A DNA stretch of 64,000 nt from Bacteroidales bacterium (GTDB lineage: Bacteria > Bacteroidota > Bacteroidia > Bacteroidales > GCA-2748055), in NCBI GenBank assembly GCA_041393235.1, contig JAWKKO010000013.1, forward strand, positions 46,850 through 110,849, read 5' to 3'. The notes under the pieces were generated by a model. It had not been told where the DNA came from. It saw only the letters and a program-made list of their open reading frames with translations, and did no database searches. The translations under genes were made by a program, and so were the position numbers. Of this stretch, positions 38,201-48,281 are shown piece after piece (the stretch's first letter is position 1; each line of letters begins with the position of its first letter).

Positions 38201-40770
38201 ATGAAAAAAGGCATGTTCCTCGCGCTCCTCGCCGGTCTGGTGGGCGCCTGTACTTCCGGAGACAAATCCGGGTCCGACCGGGAAGCCCTGTATGCCCTGG
38301 AATGGGAGTTCCTTGGCAACACGGCAGAGAATTTCTACGAAGCGGCATTTACCCTGACAAACAACGCCTCCGCGGCCCTTGGCGAACAGGGCTGGGAGCT
38401 TTGGATCAATCAACAGGGCCGGGGCATCGTCGAAGGCTCGGAATCCGGTCCCGTCGAGGTGATCCACGTGAACGGGGATCTGCTGGTCATCCGTCCCGCC
38501 TCCGGTTTCCTCCTGGAACCGGGGGAGAGTTTCCGGTTCACCTACCGGACGCCCTGGTCCCTGATCAAGGAATCCCACTCCCCCCTGGGTCCGTTCATGG
38601 TGCTGGAGGGAGAGGACGGAGCCGGCCGGCGAGCACTCGAAGTCGCCTACACCGTCGCTCCTTTCCCGGGGTTTGAGAAGATTTTTCAGCCGGGCGAGGC
38701 CTTGCCCCTTCCCGATGCCGCATGGATCTATGGTTTGAACGAGGGACTCGAATACGTCGACCGGACGACGGAACCCGTCGTGGTTCCCGGGGTGGTGGAA
38801 TCCGTTCCCGGGGAAGGTCAGCTGACCCTGGAGGCGAACCTCATGGTGCATTACGAATCCGGTCTCGGCAAGGAGGCGGGGTACCTGGCCGACATGCTGG
38901 AATCGGTCCTTGGATCCAAACCGGCGGCCATGGAAAGCGACCACGGGGGTGCGGGGATCATCCGCCTGTCCACCGGAGGTGAAAAGCCGGAAGGCGGGGA
39001 AGGCTACCAGCTGGTGGTCGATCCGTCCCAGGGTGTCGCCATCGTCGGAGAGGGTGCCGCCGGCGTGTTTTACGGAATCCAGACCCTGCTCGGACTGATT
39101 CCGGTCGACGCATGGAAATCGTCCGTATCCAGCATCCGGCTTCAGGCAGTGAACATCCACGATGCCCCTGCCTTCGGATACCGGGGCATGCATCTGGATG
39201 TGGCCCGGAACTTCATTGAACCCGAGGTGATCAAAAAGCTCATCCGGACCATGGCTTTCTACAAAATGAACGCCCTGCACCTCCACCTGACCGATGATGA
39301 GGGGTGGCGCATCGAGGTGGATGCCTTGCCGGAACTCACCGAGGTGGGCGGATTCCGGGGCTACACGCCGGATGAGAACGATCACCTCATTCCGGCCTAC
39401 GGCTCGGGCATGACGGCGGAACGGGGAGCGAACCACGGGAACGGATTCTTCTCCAAAGAAGAATACATCGACCTTCTTCGGTTCGCGGGCGACCACCACA
39501 TCCGGGTCATTCCGGAAGTCAACTTCCCGGGTCACGCCCGGGCGGCCATCAAGGCCATGGAAAACCGGTACGCCCGGTTGATGGCCGAAGGAAAAGCGGA
39601 GGAAGCGGAGCGCTACCGGCTCCTTGATCCGGACGATGCCTCGGTCTACAATTCGGCCCAGAATTTCCATGACAACGTGGTATCCGTTTGCCAGGAAGGG
39701 CCCTACAATCTGTTCGGCACGGTGGTGGATGCCCTGGTGGCCATGTACGCCGAGGCCGATCATCCCCTGGAGATGATCCACACGGGCGGAGACGAAGTGC
39801 CCGTGGAAGCTGGACCGCGTCACCGGTCTGCGCCGCCTATCTGGCCGCTCATCCGGGATTGGGCGGACCCGAAAACCTGCAGGCCTATTTTGAGGGCCGG
39901 CTCTTCGAGATCCTTCAGTCGAAAGGACTGCTCATGGCCGGCTGGGAGGAAGTCGCCATGCAAAAGAATGCAGAAGGAATCTGGATTCCCAATCCGGCGT
40001 TTGCCGGGAAGGGGATGATCCCCTACGTGTGGAACAGCCTGGGCATTTACACCGATCTGGGACATCGGCTCGCCAATGCCGGCTATCCGGTGATCCTCTG
40101 CAACGTGAACAATTTCTATTTCGACCTGGCCTACACCCACCACCCCTCGGAACCCGGCCTGGACTGGGGAGGGTATGTGAACACCAAGCGGGCCTTTGAA
40201 TTTGTGCCCTACAACGTGTTCCAGTCCACCTTCACAGCCCCCGACGGACGTGTTCTGGATCCGGCCGTCGCCTTCAAAGGCATGGAGCTCATGAAAAAGG
40301 AGGCCCGGAAAAACGTGTGGGGTCTCCAGTGCGAGCTGTGGAGTGAGACCCTCAAGGGCGGGGACATGGTGGAGTATTACTACCTTCCCAAATTGTTAGG
40401 TTTTGCGGAAAGAGCCTGGTGCGGACAGGCCGACTGGGGGGACGTTGCGGATCTGAAGCAACGGCACGCCGCCCTGGATGCCGACTGGAATGGGTTTGCC
40501 AACACGATCGGACAGCGGGAATTGCCCCGCCTCGATTACCTCTTTGGCGGATTCCAGTACCGGCTTCCGCCTCCCGGCGGGGTCCTCCGGGATGGCAAGC
40601 TGTATGCCAACGTGGATTTTCCGGGACTTGAGGTCCGCTACACCACCGACGGTTCCGAGCCCGGTCCCGCCTCCACCCTGTACGAGGGTCCGGTCGAGGC
40701 CTCCGGAACGATCCTGCTTCGCAGTTTCGATACCCGGGGACGGGGGAGTCGGATTTCCGAGGTCAAGTAA
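38201..40770 (+). pseudogene. Glycoside hydrolase family 20 beta-N-acetylhexosaminidase lipoprotein; one frameshift as sequenced
   Basis: ORF 38162..40018 (ATG 38201, MKKGMFLALLAGLVGAC lipobox; ..RGMHLDVARNF..NALHLHLTDDEGWRIEV..) continues in ORF 39688..40770. The frame change is at about 39803-39806 (..IHTGGDEVP | GSWTASPVCAAYL..). Confidence 0.9.
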
Positions 40771-40790
40771 GTCCGGGTTTGTCCGACCCG

Positions 40791-43259
40791 TCAAAGAGCC
40801 ACCGCAGGAAGATGTGCGGTGGCTTTTTTTGTGCTCGTCCCGTCTTCCACTTCCAGGACAATGTCGCCGGTAATTCCGGTGGAACGGAGGATGATCAGCC
40901 CCTTGCCGCGGAACAGCCGGAATGCCTCATCCTGCATGCTGCCATCGGCCATCGGCGATCCGTTTCCGGCGGCCAGCAGCTCCGCCGGCCCCTGGAGACC
41001 GAGGCGAAGGAGGGGTTCGGCGTCCGGCAACACCCGGCCCGATGCATCACAGGCCTCGACCCGGACATAGACCAGGCGTTGCCGGTGGGCCCGAACAGTT
41101 TCCTGTTCCGGCACCAGCCGGTAATGATCGAGCGGACCCGCGGTGAACAGGGTGTCGCCATCCACCTCCTGGCCCATTTGGTAGGCCGTGGCACGCAGGG
41201 TTCCGGGAGCGAAGGGCACCTTGAACCGGACGGTTCCTTTTTCCTCCGGATGTACTGGTTTCCGTCCCAGCGACCGGCCGTTGAGGAAAAGCTCCACCTC
41301 TTCCGCACCGCTGTAGACGGCCACATCCATGATCTGTCCTTCCGGAACCTCCCAGGTCCAGCTTTTCCGTTCCAGGGGCCATCCCCAGTGGAAGACCTGC
41401 TCTCTCTGTCCCTCCGGAACGGGTTCGTGCACCAGGATCTCCACCAGGCTCTCGCCCCAGACCACGTCGCGGTACCGGGATTGGGGCTTTTTTTCGCCCG
41501 TGATGTCCAGATCTCCGCACCAGGAAACATACCAGGGCCAGGGCATGAGGAAATTGGCGGGTTTGTCGGCAGCTGAAAGCAGTTCGGCATGTCCGATGCC
41601 CGATTCCCCGATGTAGTCCATGCCGGTCCACACGAAATCTCCGATGACATACGGCAGGGCCACGGTCTTTTGCCAGTTCTCCCAGGCTGCCAGGGGGAAG
41701 GTTTCGGACCCGAACATGACCCGGCCGGGAGCCAGGGCATGATCTTCCTCATATTGTGACCACAGGTAATTGTACCCGCCCACATCCAGGAGGTCGAACG
41801 CGGGCTGGGCATCGGCCCATTCCAGGTCCGGGTTGTCCCAGAAGCCGCAGATGGCCTGGGTGACGGGCCGGGTGGCATCCAGGGTGCGGATGAAGGAAAT
41901 CAGGGTGTCGGCCCAGGCCAGACCCTCGGGAAGAGCCCGCTCCGGGATTTCGTTCCCGAAGCTCCACAGGATCACCGACGGATGGTTCCGGTCGCGGCGG
42001 ATCATGGCGGTCAGATCGTCCCGCCAATGGGCGGCGAAATGCCGGTGGTAATCCCGTTCCCTTTTGGGAACTTCCCACATGTCGAAGGCTTCATCGATCA
42101 CCAGCATGCCCAATTCGTCGCAGGCCTCCAGGAAAGATTCGGAAGGGGGGTTGTGGCTCGTGCGTATCGCGTTGAAGCCGTTTTCCTTCAGCAGCAGAAC
42201 CCGTCTGTGTTCCGCATCGGCGAAGGCCATGGATCCGAGAAGTCCGTTGTCGTGGTGGATGCAGGCACCTTTCAACAGCACCGGTTCCCCATTGAGCAGG
42301 AATCCCTTCCCGGCGGAAAAGTCCAGGGAGCGAATCCCGAACCGGACCGAGCTCTCATCGAGGATCCTGTTTCCGTCCCAAAGGCGGACCCGGAGTGTAT
42401 GCAGGTGGGGCTGATGGGTCGACCACAGGAGGGGGTCGGGCAGGACCGCCTGCAGGTTCACCCGGTGATCGGTTCCGGACAGCAGGGTGTCGGCGGGCCC
42501 CCGGATGGAGAAGGTGCGGCCGAGCGGATCGGTGATTTCCATGTCCACGCTCACGGTGTGGGAACCATTGGGGGACCGGAAGTCCACACCCACTTGGACC
42601 ACTGCCTTGTTTTTTCCGACAACCGGGGTTTGCACCGTGATGCCCCAGGGGAGGATGTGGACCGGGCCGACCCGGGACATGCGGACCGGTCGGTAGATGC
42701 CCGATCCGGTGAACCAACGGGAATGACGGTCTGGATTCACAACCTCCACGGCCACAAGGTTGTCCAGTCCCCTGGGGCTGAGATGCGGTGTGATGTCCAG
42801 GTAAATCGGGGTGTAGCCGTTTTTGTGCGCGTGGACCAGGGAATCGTTCACCCAGATGCGCGATTCGGTCTGGATGCCGTCGAAATGGAGGTACACCCTT
42901 TCCTCCGGCTCATTGTCGAGAACGAAGTGCTTCCTGTACCAGCCCGTTCCGCCGGGGAGGTAGCCCACATCTGCGCCGCTTTCCAGGTTTTTGAAAAACG
43001 GTCCCACATGCAGACTGTCCCGAACGGACCCGTCCTCGACGCTCCAGTCATGGGGCAGATCCACCCGATCCCATCCGGAATCATCCAGCGCGACTTGCCA
43101 TGCGTTTTGCCGGTCGCCCCGGTGAAAGTGCCAGTAGTCATTGAAATCTTTGTCCCGTTGAGGCACTTCACTTCGGGGGGTCAACTCACAGGAGAACAGC
43201 AGGATGTAGGCACACAGAACAGGGAGGAGGGGTGTCCGGGGGAAATGAAAGCAAGTCAT
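40791..43259 (-). CDS. Glycoside hydrolase family 2 (beta-galactosidase/beta-glucuronidase-like)
   Basis: ORF 40791..43340, ATG 43259. ..WYRKHF..VYLHFDGIQTESRIWVN..NAIRTSHNPPSESFLEACDELGMLVIDEAFDMW..NHPSVILWSFGNEI are the GH2 sugar-binding and TIM-barrel motifs. Confidence 0.9.
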   Translation of the reverse strand: MTCFHFPRTPLLPVLCAYILLFSCELTPRSEVPQRDKDFNDYWHFHRGDRQNAWQVALDDSGWDRVDLPHDWSVEDGSVRDSLHVGPFFKNLESGADVGYLPGGTGWYRKHFVLDNEPEERVYLHFDGIQTESRIWVNDSLVHAHKNGYTPIYLDITPHLSPRGLDNLVAVEVVNPDRHSRWFTGSGIYRPVRMSRVGPVHILPWGITVQTPVVGKNKAVVQVGVDFRSPNGSHTVSVDMEITDPLGRTFSIRGPADTLLSGTDHRVNLQAVLPDPLLWSTHQPHLHTLRVRLWDGNRILDESSVRFGIRSLDFSAGKGFLLNGEPVLLKGACIHHDNGLLGSMAFADAEHRRVLLLKENGFNAIRTSHNPPSESFLEACDELGMLVIDEAFDMWEVPKRERDYHRHFAAHWRDDLTAMIRRDRNHPSVILWSFGNEIPERALPEGLAWADTLISFIRTLDATRPVTQAICGFWDNPDLEWADAQPAFDLLDVGGYNYLWSQYEEDHALAPGRVMFGSETFPLAAWENWQKTVALPYVIGDFVWTGMDYIGESGIGHAELLSAADKPANFLMPWPWYVSWCGDLDITGEKKPQSRYRDVVWGESLVEILVHEPVPEGQREQVFHWGWPLERKSWTWEVPEGQIMDVAVYSGAEEVELFLNGRSLGRKPVHPEEKGTVRFKVPFAPGTLRATAYQMGQEVDGDTLFTAGPLDHYRLVPEQETVRAHRQRLVYVRVEACDASGRVLPDAEPLLRLGLQGPAELLAAGNGSPMADGSMQDEAFRLFRGKGLIILRSTGITGDIVLEVEDGTSTKKATAHLPAVAL

Positions 43260-43340
43260 GGGGCGGCAGGTTGATTGTTCCTTGCAAAGTAGGGAATTCC
43301 CCGGAATTTTTTCTCTTGGATTTTTTTCGTATCCTTGCAA

Positions 43341-43357
43341 AGTAAACGCTGTTTACT
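43341..43357. promoter_or_regulatory. Candidate TetR operator: inverted repeat AGTAAAC-GCT-GTTTACT
   Basis: A perfect 7+7 bp palindrome ends 10 nt upstream of the TetR ATG (43367), in the divergent GH2/TetR spacer. Confidence 0.5.
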
Positions 43358-43366
43358 AAAAAAACA

Positions 43367-43972
43367 ATGTCTATTCAGGAACGAAAGGAGAGGGAAAAGG
43401 AAGCCCTCCGGGGGAAGATCATGGAAGCCGCCTCCCGGATCCTGGTCCGGGAGGGATACGAAGGAACCACCATGCGAAAGGTGGCTGCTGCCATCGATTA
43501 TTCGCCCCGGACCCTGTACCTGTATTTCCGGGACAAAGACTCCCTCCTCATGGAGATTGTGGAAGAAGGTTTCGCGGCCACCATCCGCCACCGGGAGTCC
43601 ATCCTGGACCGGCTCGATCATTCCCGGCCCGAACAGATTTTCGGAATGCAGGTGGCGGCCAACATCGACCTGGCCCTCCAGTCCCCCCACATGTACCGCG
43701 CCATCGTGTACCTGATCCAGCACAAGGGATATCCGCCGGGACCCTTTCAACGGAAGGTGATCGAAGCCATCCGGTACGACATCGAATTGTGCCACCTGCA
43801 TTCCCGGAAGCCCCTGGAGGACGCGGGGATGAAAACCGACCTGCTCCTGGCATTCGTCCGCGCCTTCAATCTACAGCTGATCCAGCGCGACCGGGCCTTG
43901 TCGCCCCGGGAAACCGAACGTGCAAAAACCCAGTGCCTGCAGATGATCCTGAAGGGCATCCTGCAGCTGTGA
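43367..43972 (+). CDS. TetR/AcrR-family transcriptional regulator
   Basis: ORF 43367..43972. ..LRGKIMEAASRILVREGYEGTTMRKVAAAIDYSPRTLYLYFRDKDSLL is the TetR_N helix-turn-helix signature. Confidence 0.9.
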   Translation: MSIQERKEREKEALRGKIMEAASRILVREGYEGTTMRKVAAAIDYSPRTLYLYFRDKDSLLMEIVEEGFAATIRHRESILDRLDHSRPEQIFGMQVAANIDLALQSPHMYRAIVYLIQHKGYPPGPFQRKVIEAIRYDIELCHLHSRKPLEDAGMKTDLLLAFVRAFNLQLIQRDRALSPRETERAKTQCLQMILKGILQL

Positions 43973-44016
43973 TACCCACCCCATTCAACAACCAACACCC
44001 ACCAACATCATCCACC

Positions 44017-44841
44017 ATGAAAACATCCCACCTGAAAACCCTGAATGCCCTGGCCGGACCTCTGTTCCTGTGCATGGGGCTGGCTTCCGCCTTCGGCATT
44101 TTCCTGCCGGACACCTATGCCCGGGAGCTTCCGTCCTTTGCCGCCCAGGGCGCCGGACAGGACGTGGTGAATCTCTTTCTGGGCGGACCCCTTCTCCTCG
44201 GTTCGCTCTGGTTCATGAACCGGGGCAGCAAAACCGCTTCCTGGATTTACGGCGGAATGCTGTTTTATTATCTCTACAGCTACATCATTTACACCTTCGG
44301 GATTCATTACAATTCCTTTTTCCTGCTGTATTGCGCCACCCTGGCCCTGTCCACCTACAGCTTCATTTTCTGGGTGTCGGCCCACGCGGGAACGGACCTG
44401 AGGACCTGGTTCACCAAGGCCCCGCCGGTGCGTTTCACCTCCGTGTTCATCCTGGTCATCGCCGCCCTGTTTTACATGATCTGGCTCAAGGACATTCTTC
44501 CTCCCCTGTTTCAGGGAGATGCCCCCCAGTTTGTGAAAGACAACAACTACCAGGTGAATGCGGTCCATGCCATCGATCTGTCCTTCGCCCTGCCCGGTCT
44601 GATCGTGGTGGGCATCCTCCTGTGGAAGGGACGGCCGATGGGCCTGCTTCTGGCACCCGTGGTCCTGGTCTTCATCGTCGTCCTGACCGTGGCTCTGGCC
44701 GCCATGATCCTGGCTGTCCGGCTTCGCGGCCTGTCCGACGATGCCAGTCTGGTCGTGATCTTCGGGGTGCTCGCGCTGATCGCCGCCACCATCCTGGTTC
44801 GCTTCCTGAAGAACCTGGCCAATGGACAGGAAAAATCTTAG
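44017..44841 (+). CDS. Polytopic membrane protein, unknown function
   Basis: ORF 43789..44841, ATG 44017 (MKTSHLKTLNALAGPLFLCMGLASAF..). About 8 hydrophobic helices, immediately downstream of TetR. Confidence 0.6.
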   Translation: MKTSHLKTLNALAGPLFLCMGLASAFGIFLPDTYARELPSFAAQGAGQDVVNLFLGGPLLLGSLWFMNRGSKTASWIYGGMLFYYLYSYIIYTFGIHYNSFFLLYCATLALSTYSFIFWVSAHAGTDLRTWFTKAPPVRFTSVFILVIAALFYMIWLKDILPPLFQGDAPQFVKDNNYQVNAVHAIDLSFALPGLIVVGILLWKGRPMGLLLAPVVLVFIVVLTVALAAMILAVRLRGLSDDASLVVIFGVLALIAATILVRFLKNLANGQEKS

Positions 44842-46019
44842 AAGCTGCAGCGGTACCCGAACATCACCATGAGATCCCGGGTCCGGGTGTTGTTTTCGAT
44901 CAGACCCGGATCGTTGCCAAGCACTACATCGAGCTGCAGGCCGTGCAGATCAGAGAGATGCAGCCGGGCTCCCACATTCAGGTAGGTTCCGACGTTGGTT
45001 TCAGGAATGGTGAATTCATACATCTCATAATTCTCCACCGTCGTTTCGCCGTTGTATTCGATGGTTACCGTGTTGGAGGATTCGAAATCCAGGAGGCGGA
45101 ACAAGCGAAGTCCGAATCCGAGATAGGGGCTGAAGCGACCCGACCCGAAGGAGTATTCCGCCCCCGGGCTGAATTGCAGTGCTTGGTAGGAGAACTCGTA
45201 ATCTTGGGTGTAGGTGGTTTCATTGACCTCGCCATAGGTCGTGTTGTGATGCAGGGCATCGATCTTGTCCAGGGCCAGTTGGAAACGGAGGTTTTTATTC
45301 AGGCGCGGAAGGGAAAATCCCCCGTACAAACCGTACACCGGGCTCGACCAGGAGGTATAGACGTCGTTGTGATACCGCGGGTGATTGACGAAAAAGAAGG
45401 TGGTGTACCGCATCCCTCCACGGATTCCGACGAAACCCTTGAACATGTCTTTTTCGTGGGTATACACCCGGCACAGATCGTCCGGATCCGATGTGCATGC
45501 ATGGTACTGACTCACCACCTTGGTCATGTAGGCATGGGAAAACAGGGGATTGTTGAGTTTGTCCTGGATGTCCATGCAATCTGAAAACAGGCCCTTGAGA
45601 ATGCGTGCATGGGAACCGGACTTCGGCAGCATCACCATCTTCCCCTCCGGAGTTTCGATCAGATAGGCATCGAACCGGTCGGTTCGAAGGAAATAGAGAT
45701 TGGCGGTTCCGTCCACCAGGAATTCCAGAAAATAGGTGGCTGGACCGTCCGGTGTTTCAATGGCCTTGCTCGTGTAGTGGAATCCGTCATCGAAACTGTA
45801 TCCACGGATGTCTCCGGGGTGGAAGACTTGCTCGCCGGCATCCCGCGAAGAGTAGAAAACACAGTCGGTGGCATTTTTCATTTTGCCATTGTCGCGGAGG
45901 AAACCGGTCAGGGTGTCACCGTTGTTTTGGAGGATGGATCCGGGGGCCAGATCCCTTTGGGCCAACAGGCAGGCAGATGCCAGAACGAAAACGCCGGCAA
46001 GGAAAAGTTGTTTGGTCAT
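44838..46019 (-). CDS. Hypothetical secreted/outer-membrane protein (C-terminal beta-barrel-like, terminal Phe)
   Basis: ORF 44838..46064, ATG 46019 (signal MTKQLFLAGVFVLASACLLAQ). The C-terminal half has alternating beta-patterns and ends ..MFGYRCSF. Confidence 0.5.
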   Translation of the reverse strand: MTKQLFLAGVFVLASACLLAQRDLAPGSILQNNGDTLTGFLRDNGKMKNATDCVFYSSRDAGEQVFHPGDIRGYSFDDGFHYTSKAIETPDGPATYFLEFLVDGTANLYFLRTDRFDAYLIETPEGKMVMLPKSGSHARILKGLFSDCMDIQDKLNNPLFSHAYMTKVVSQYHACTSDPDDLCRVYTHEKDMFKGFVGIRGGMRYTTFFFVNHPRYHNDVYTSWSSPVYGLYGGFSLPRLNKNLRFQLALDKIDALHHNTTYGEVNETTYTQDYEFSYQALQFSPGAEYSFGSGRFSPYLGFGLRLFRLLDFESSNTVTIEYNGETTVENYEMYEFTIPETNVGTYLNVGARLHLSDLHGLQLDVVLGNDPGLIENNTRTRDLMVMFGYRCSF

Positions 46020-46115
46020 GGATGGAGATTGGGGTTGAATTGATTGGAAGATACCCCAAATCATGATAGACCTCCGGCCGAGTTTTCCACAAAAGCAAAT
46101 GGCCAGGGATTGCCT

Positions 46116-46973
46116 TCAAAGGACATGCCGCTCGGAGTGGTAGGACGAACGGACCAGAGGCCCGCTCTCTACCACATCAAACCCCAGTTCGCGGCCGAAG
46201 GCGCCCAATTCGTCGAACACCTCGGGCCGGACATACTCCACCAGCGGGGTGTTGTGTTCGGAAGGGGGAAGGTACTGGCCGATGGTCAGCACCCGGGTGC
46301 CTGTTGAGCGGATGTCTTTCAGGGTGGTGCGGACCTCCTCCCGGGTCTCGCCCAATCCAAGCATGATCCCGCTTTTGGCCGTGATGCCCACATCCGCGAT
46401 GTAGCGCAACACCCGAAGACTCCGCTCGTAGGTGGCCAGGCTCCGGATTTTCGGGCTGATTCGTTCCACGGTTTCGAGGTTGTGCGAAACAATCTCGGGT
46501 TTTTCGGCGATGACCAGATCCAACAGCTCCGAGCGCATGCCGAAATCCGGAATGAGGACCTCCATGGTGATCCCCGGATTCAGTTTCCTGACCATGGCAA
46601 TGGTCCGGGCCCAGGCCTTCGCCCCCTGGTCCGCCAGATCGTCCCGGGCCACCGAGGTCAGCACGGCATGTTTCAGCTTCAGCTTCCGGATCGAATCGGC
46701 CACCCGGGCGGCCTCTCCCCAGTCGACGGGATCGGGCTTCAGCGACTCCACATAGCAGAACCGGCAGTTCCGGGTGCATTTGTCCCCCAGGATCATGAAG
46801 GTGGCCGTTCCGGCGCTCCAGCATTCCCCCTTGTTGGGGCAGTTTCCGCTGCTGCAGATGGTGTGGAGGCCGTGCTCCCGGATCAAGCGTTTCACCTGGC
46901 TGTAATCTTCGCCGTGAGGCAGGGGGACCTTCATCCATCGGGGCAGTCGCAGAGGTTCGCTTTTGACACTCAT
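46116..46973 (-). CDS. lipA: Lipoyl synthase
   Basis: ORF 46116..47090, ATG 46973. ..LHTICSSGNCPNKGECWSAGTATFMILGDKCTRNCRFCYV.. covers both Fe-S cluster motifs (CxxxxCxxxxxC and CxxxCxxC). Confidence 0.95.
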   Translation of the reverse strand: MSVKSEPLRLPRWMKVPLPHGEDYSQVKRLIREHGLHTICSSGNCPNKGECWSAGTATFMILGDKCTRNCRFCYVESLKPDPVDWGEAARVADSIRKLKLKHAVLTSVARDDLADQGAKAWARTIAMVRKLNPGITMEVLIPDFGMRSELLDLVIAEKPEIVSHNLETVERISPKIRSLATYERSLRVLRYIADVGITAKSGIMLGLGETREEVRTTLKDIRSTGTRVLTIGQYLPPSEHNTPLVEYVRPEVFDELGAFGRELGFDVVESGPLVRSSYHSERHVL

Positions 46974-47052
46974 GGGTTCCGCTTTGCGTTTGCAATTGAA
47001 CAAAGGAGGCCTCCCAATGTTTATGTGCTTGTCACGCTTCGAAGGAACATAG

Positions 47053-47739
47053 ATGAGAGAGATCGCAGAAAGCACTTCATACACAGTCATTCATCCCGGA
47101 ATGAAACGCATCCGGGATCTTCGCTTTTTAACAAACAACACCTACGTGGTCCGCTTCGACCGGGAGGACATGCAATTTCGGGCCGGGCAGCACATTTCTG
47201 CGGGTCCACGCGACTCCGCCCAGTTGCGGGAGTATTCCATCTACAGCGGGGAACAGGACGGCCATCTGGAAATCCTGGTGCGGGAGGTGACGGACGGGAA
47301 CATCTCGGTCCGACTCAAAGAATGCCAGCCGGGGCAGTTGGCCCGGATTCGGGGCCCGAGGGGACGCCTGGTGCTGGGGCAGGAAGAAATCTCGGGCCGA
47401 ACGCATGTTTTCATCGCCACGGGCACGGGGATCGCCCCGTTCCACAGCTACGTCCGTTCGTACCCCGGATTGGATTACCGGATCATCCACGGTGTCCGTC
47501 ATGCCGGCGAAGCCTACGACCGGGACCACTACGATGCCGGCCGCTACATCCTGTGCACCTCCAAGGATTCCCGCGGCGACTACCAGGGCAGGGTCACCGG
47601 GTACCTGAAGGAACAACCCGCCGATCCCGAGGCCCTTTACCACGTGGTGGGCAACAGCCAGATGGTGTACGAAGTCTACGACATCCTTCGGGAGAAAGGG
47701 GTGGATGCCTCTGCCATGCGCTCCGAAGTCTATTTCTGA
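47053..47739 (+). CDS. Ferredoxin-NADP reductase-type FAD/NAD(P)-binding oxidoreductase
   Basis: ORF 47053..47739. REYSIYS is the RxYS FAD motif and FIATGTGIAPF is the NAD(P)-binding motif. Confidence 0.8.
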   Translation: MREIAESTSYTVIHPGMKRIRDLRFLTNNTYVVRFDREDMQFRAGQHISAGPRDSAQLREYSIYSGEQDGHLEILVREVTDGNISVRLKECQPGQLARIRGPRGRLVLGQEEISGRTHVFIATGTGIAPFHSYVRSYPGLDYRIIHGVRHAGEAYDRDHYDAGRYILCTSKDSRGDYQGRVTGYLKEQPADPEALYHVVGNSQMVYEVYDILREKGVDASAMRSEVYF

Positions 47740-48281
47740 ACCGGATTCCCGGGGCCAGGTTCCTCCCTTTTAAAATAGACCAGGCATTCCTGGTCCGTGA
47801 TTTTCATGATCCAATGGGCGTACCCAAGACCAAGTGCCTTGTCGATCAGGGGCGCCGGGACAAAGGGCGCTTCCACCTCCAGGATTTGTTCTGATTTCAT
47901 CTTCTTCAGGACCGAAAGGACTTCGTGGACCGGCTGTTCCCCCCGGTTGAGCATTTCGTCGATGTGGATCGTCTCCGCCACGGCACCGGGAGAAAACCAT
48001 TTCGGTTGAACATATACATAATCCGGGCTTTCATTTTCACTCTCCCCGCCCCCTTCCTGGCCGGCTGCCTCCCGAAGCGACCGGATCAGTTCCTCCACAT
48101 TCACCCCGCCCACGATGGCGGCCTGACTCAGCGAAGTGACCCGGGCAATGGTCTTGCGAAGGATGGGGTTTTGGAGCTTTTTGAACTGGGGAGCGGACCG
48201 GATCAGGACCTCCTCCAGCTGCGGGTAGGCTTCCAGTAGTTCATGGATTTTCGTTTTGGGGGTGATCCGAAGCTCTTTCAT
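47730..48281 (-). CDS. DUF1858-domain protein with DUF2249-like C-terminal half
   Basis: ORF 47730..48281. ITPKTKIHELLEAYPQLEEVLIRSAPQFKKL..TIARVTSLSQAA.. is as in DUF1858. It overlaps the upstream gene by 4 nt. Confidence 0.6.
   Translation of the reverse strand: MKELRITPKTKIHELLEAYPQLEEVLIRSAPQFKKLQNPILRKTIARVTSLSQAAIVGGVNVEELIRSLREAAGQEGGGESENESPDYVYVQPKWFSPGAVAETIHIDEMLNRGEQPVHEVLSVLKKMKSEQILEVEAPFVPAPLIDKALGLGYAHWIMKITDQECLVYFKREEPGPGNPVQK

Noticed and set aside
43279-43344. Reading the repeated TACTTTGCAAGGA (minus strand) as Bacteroidota -7 promoter boxes.
   Set aside because: TACTTTGC does not fit TAnnTTTG because the TTTG is one position too early. I therefore report it only as a direct repeat of unknown role.
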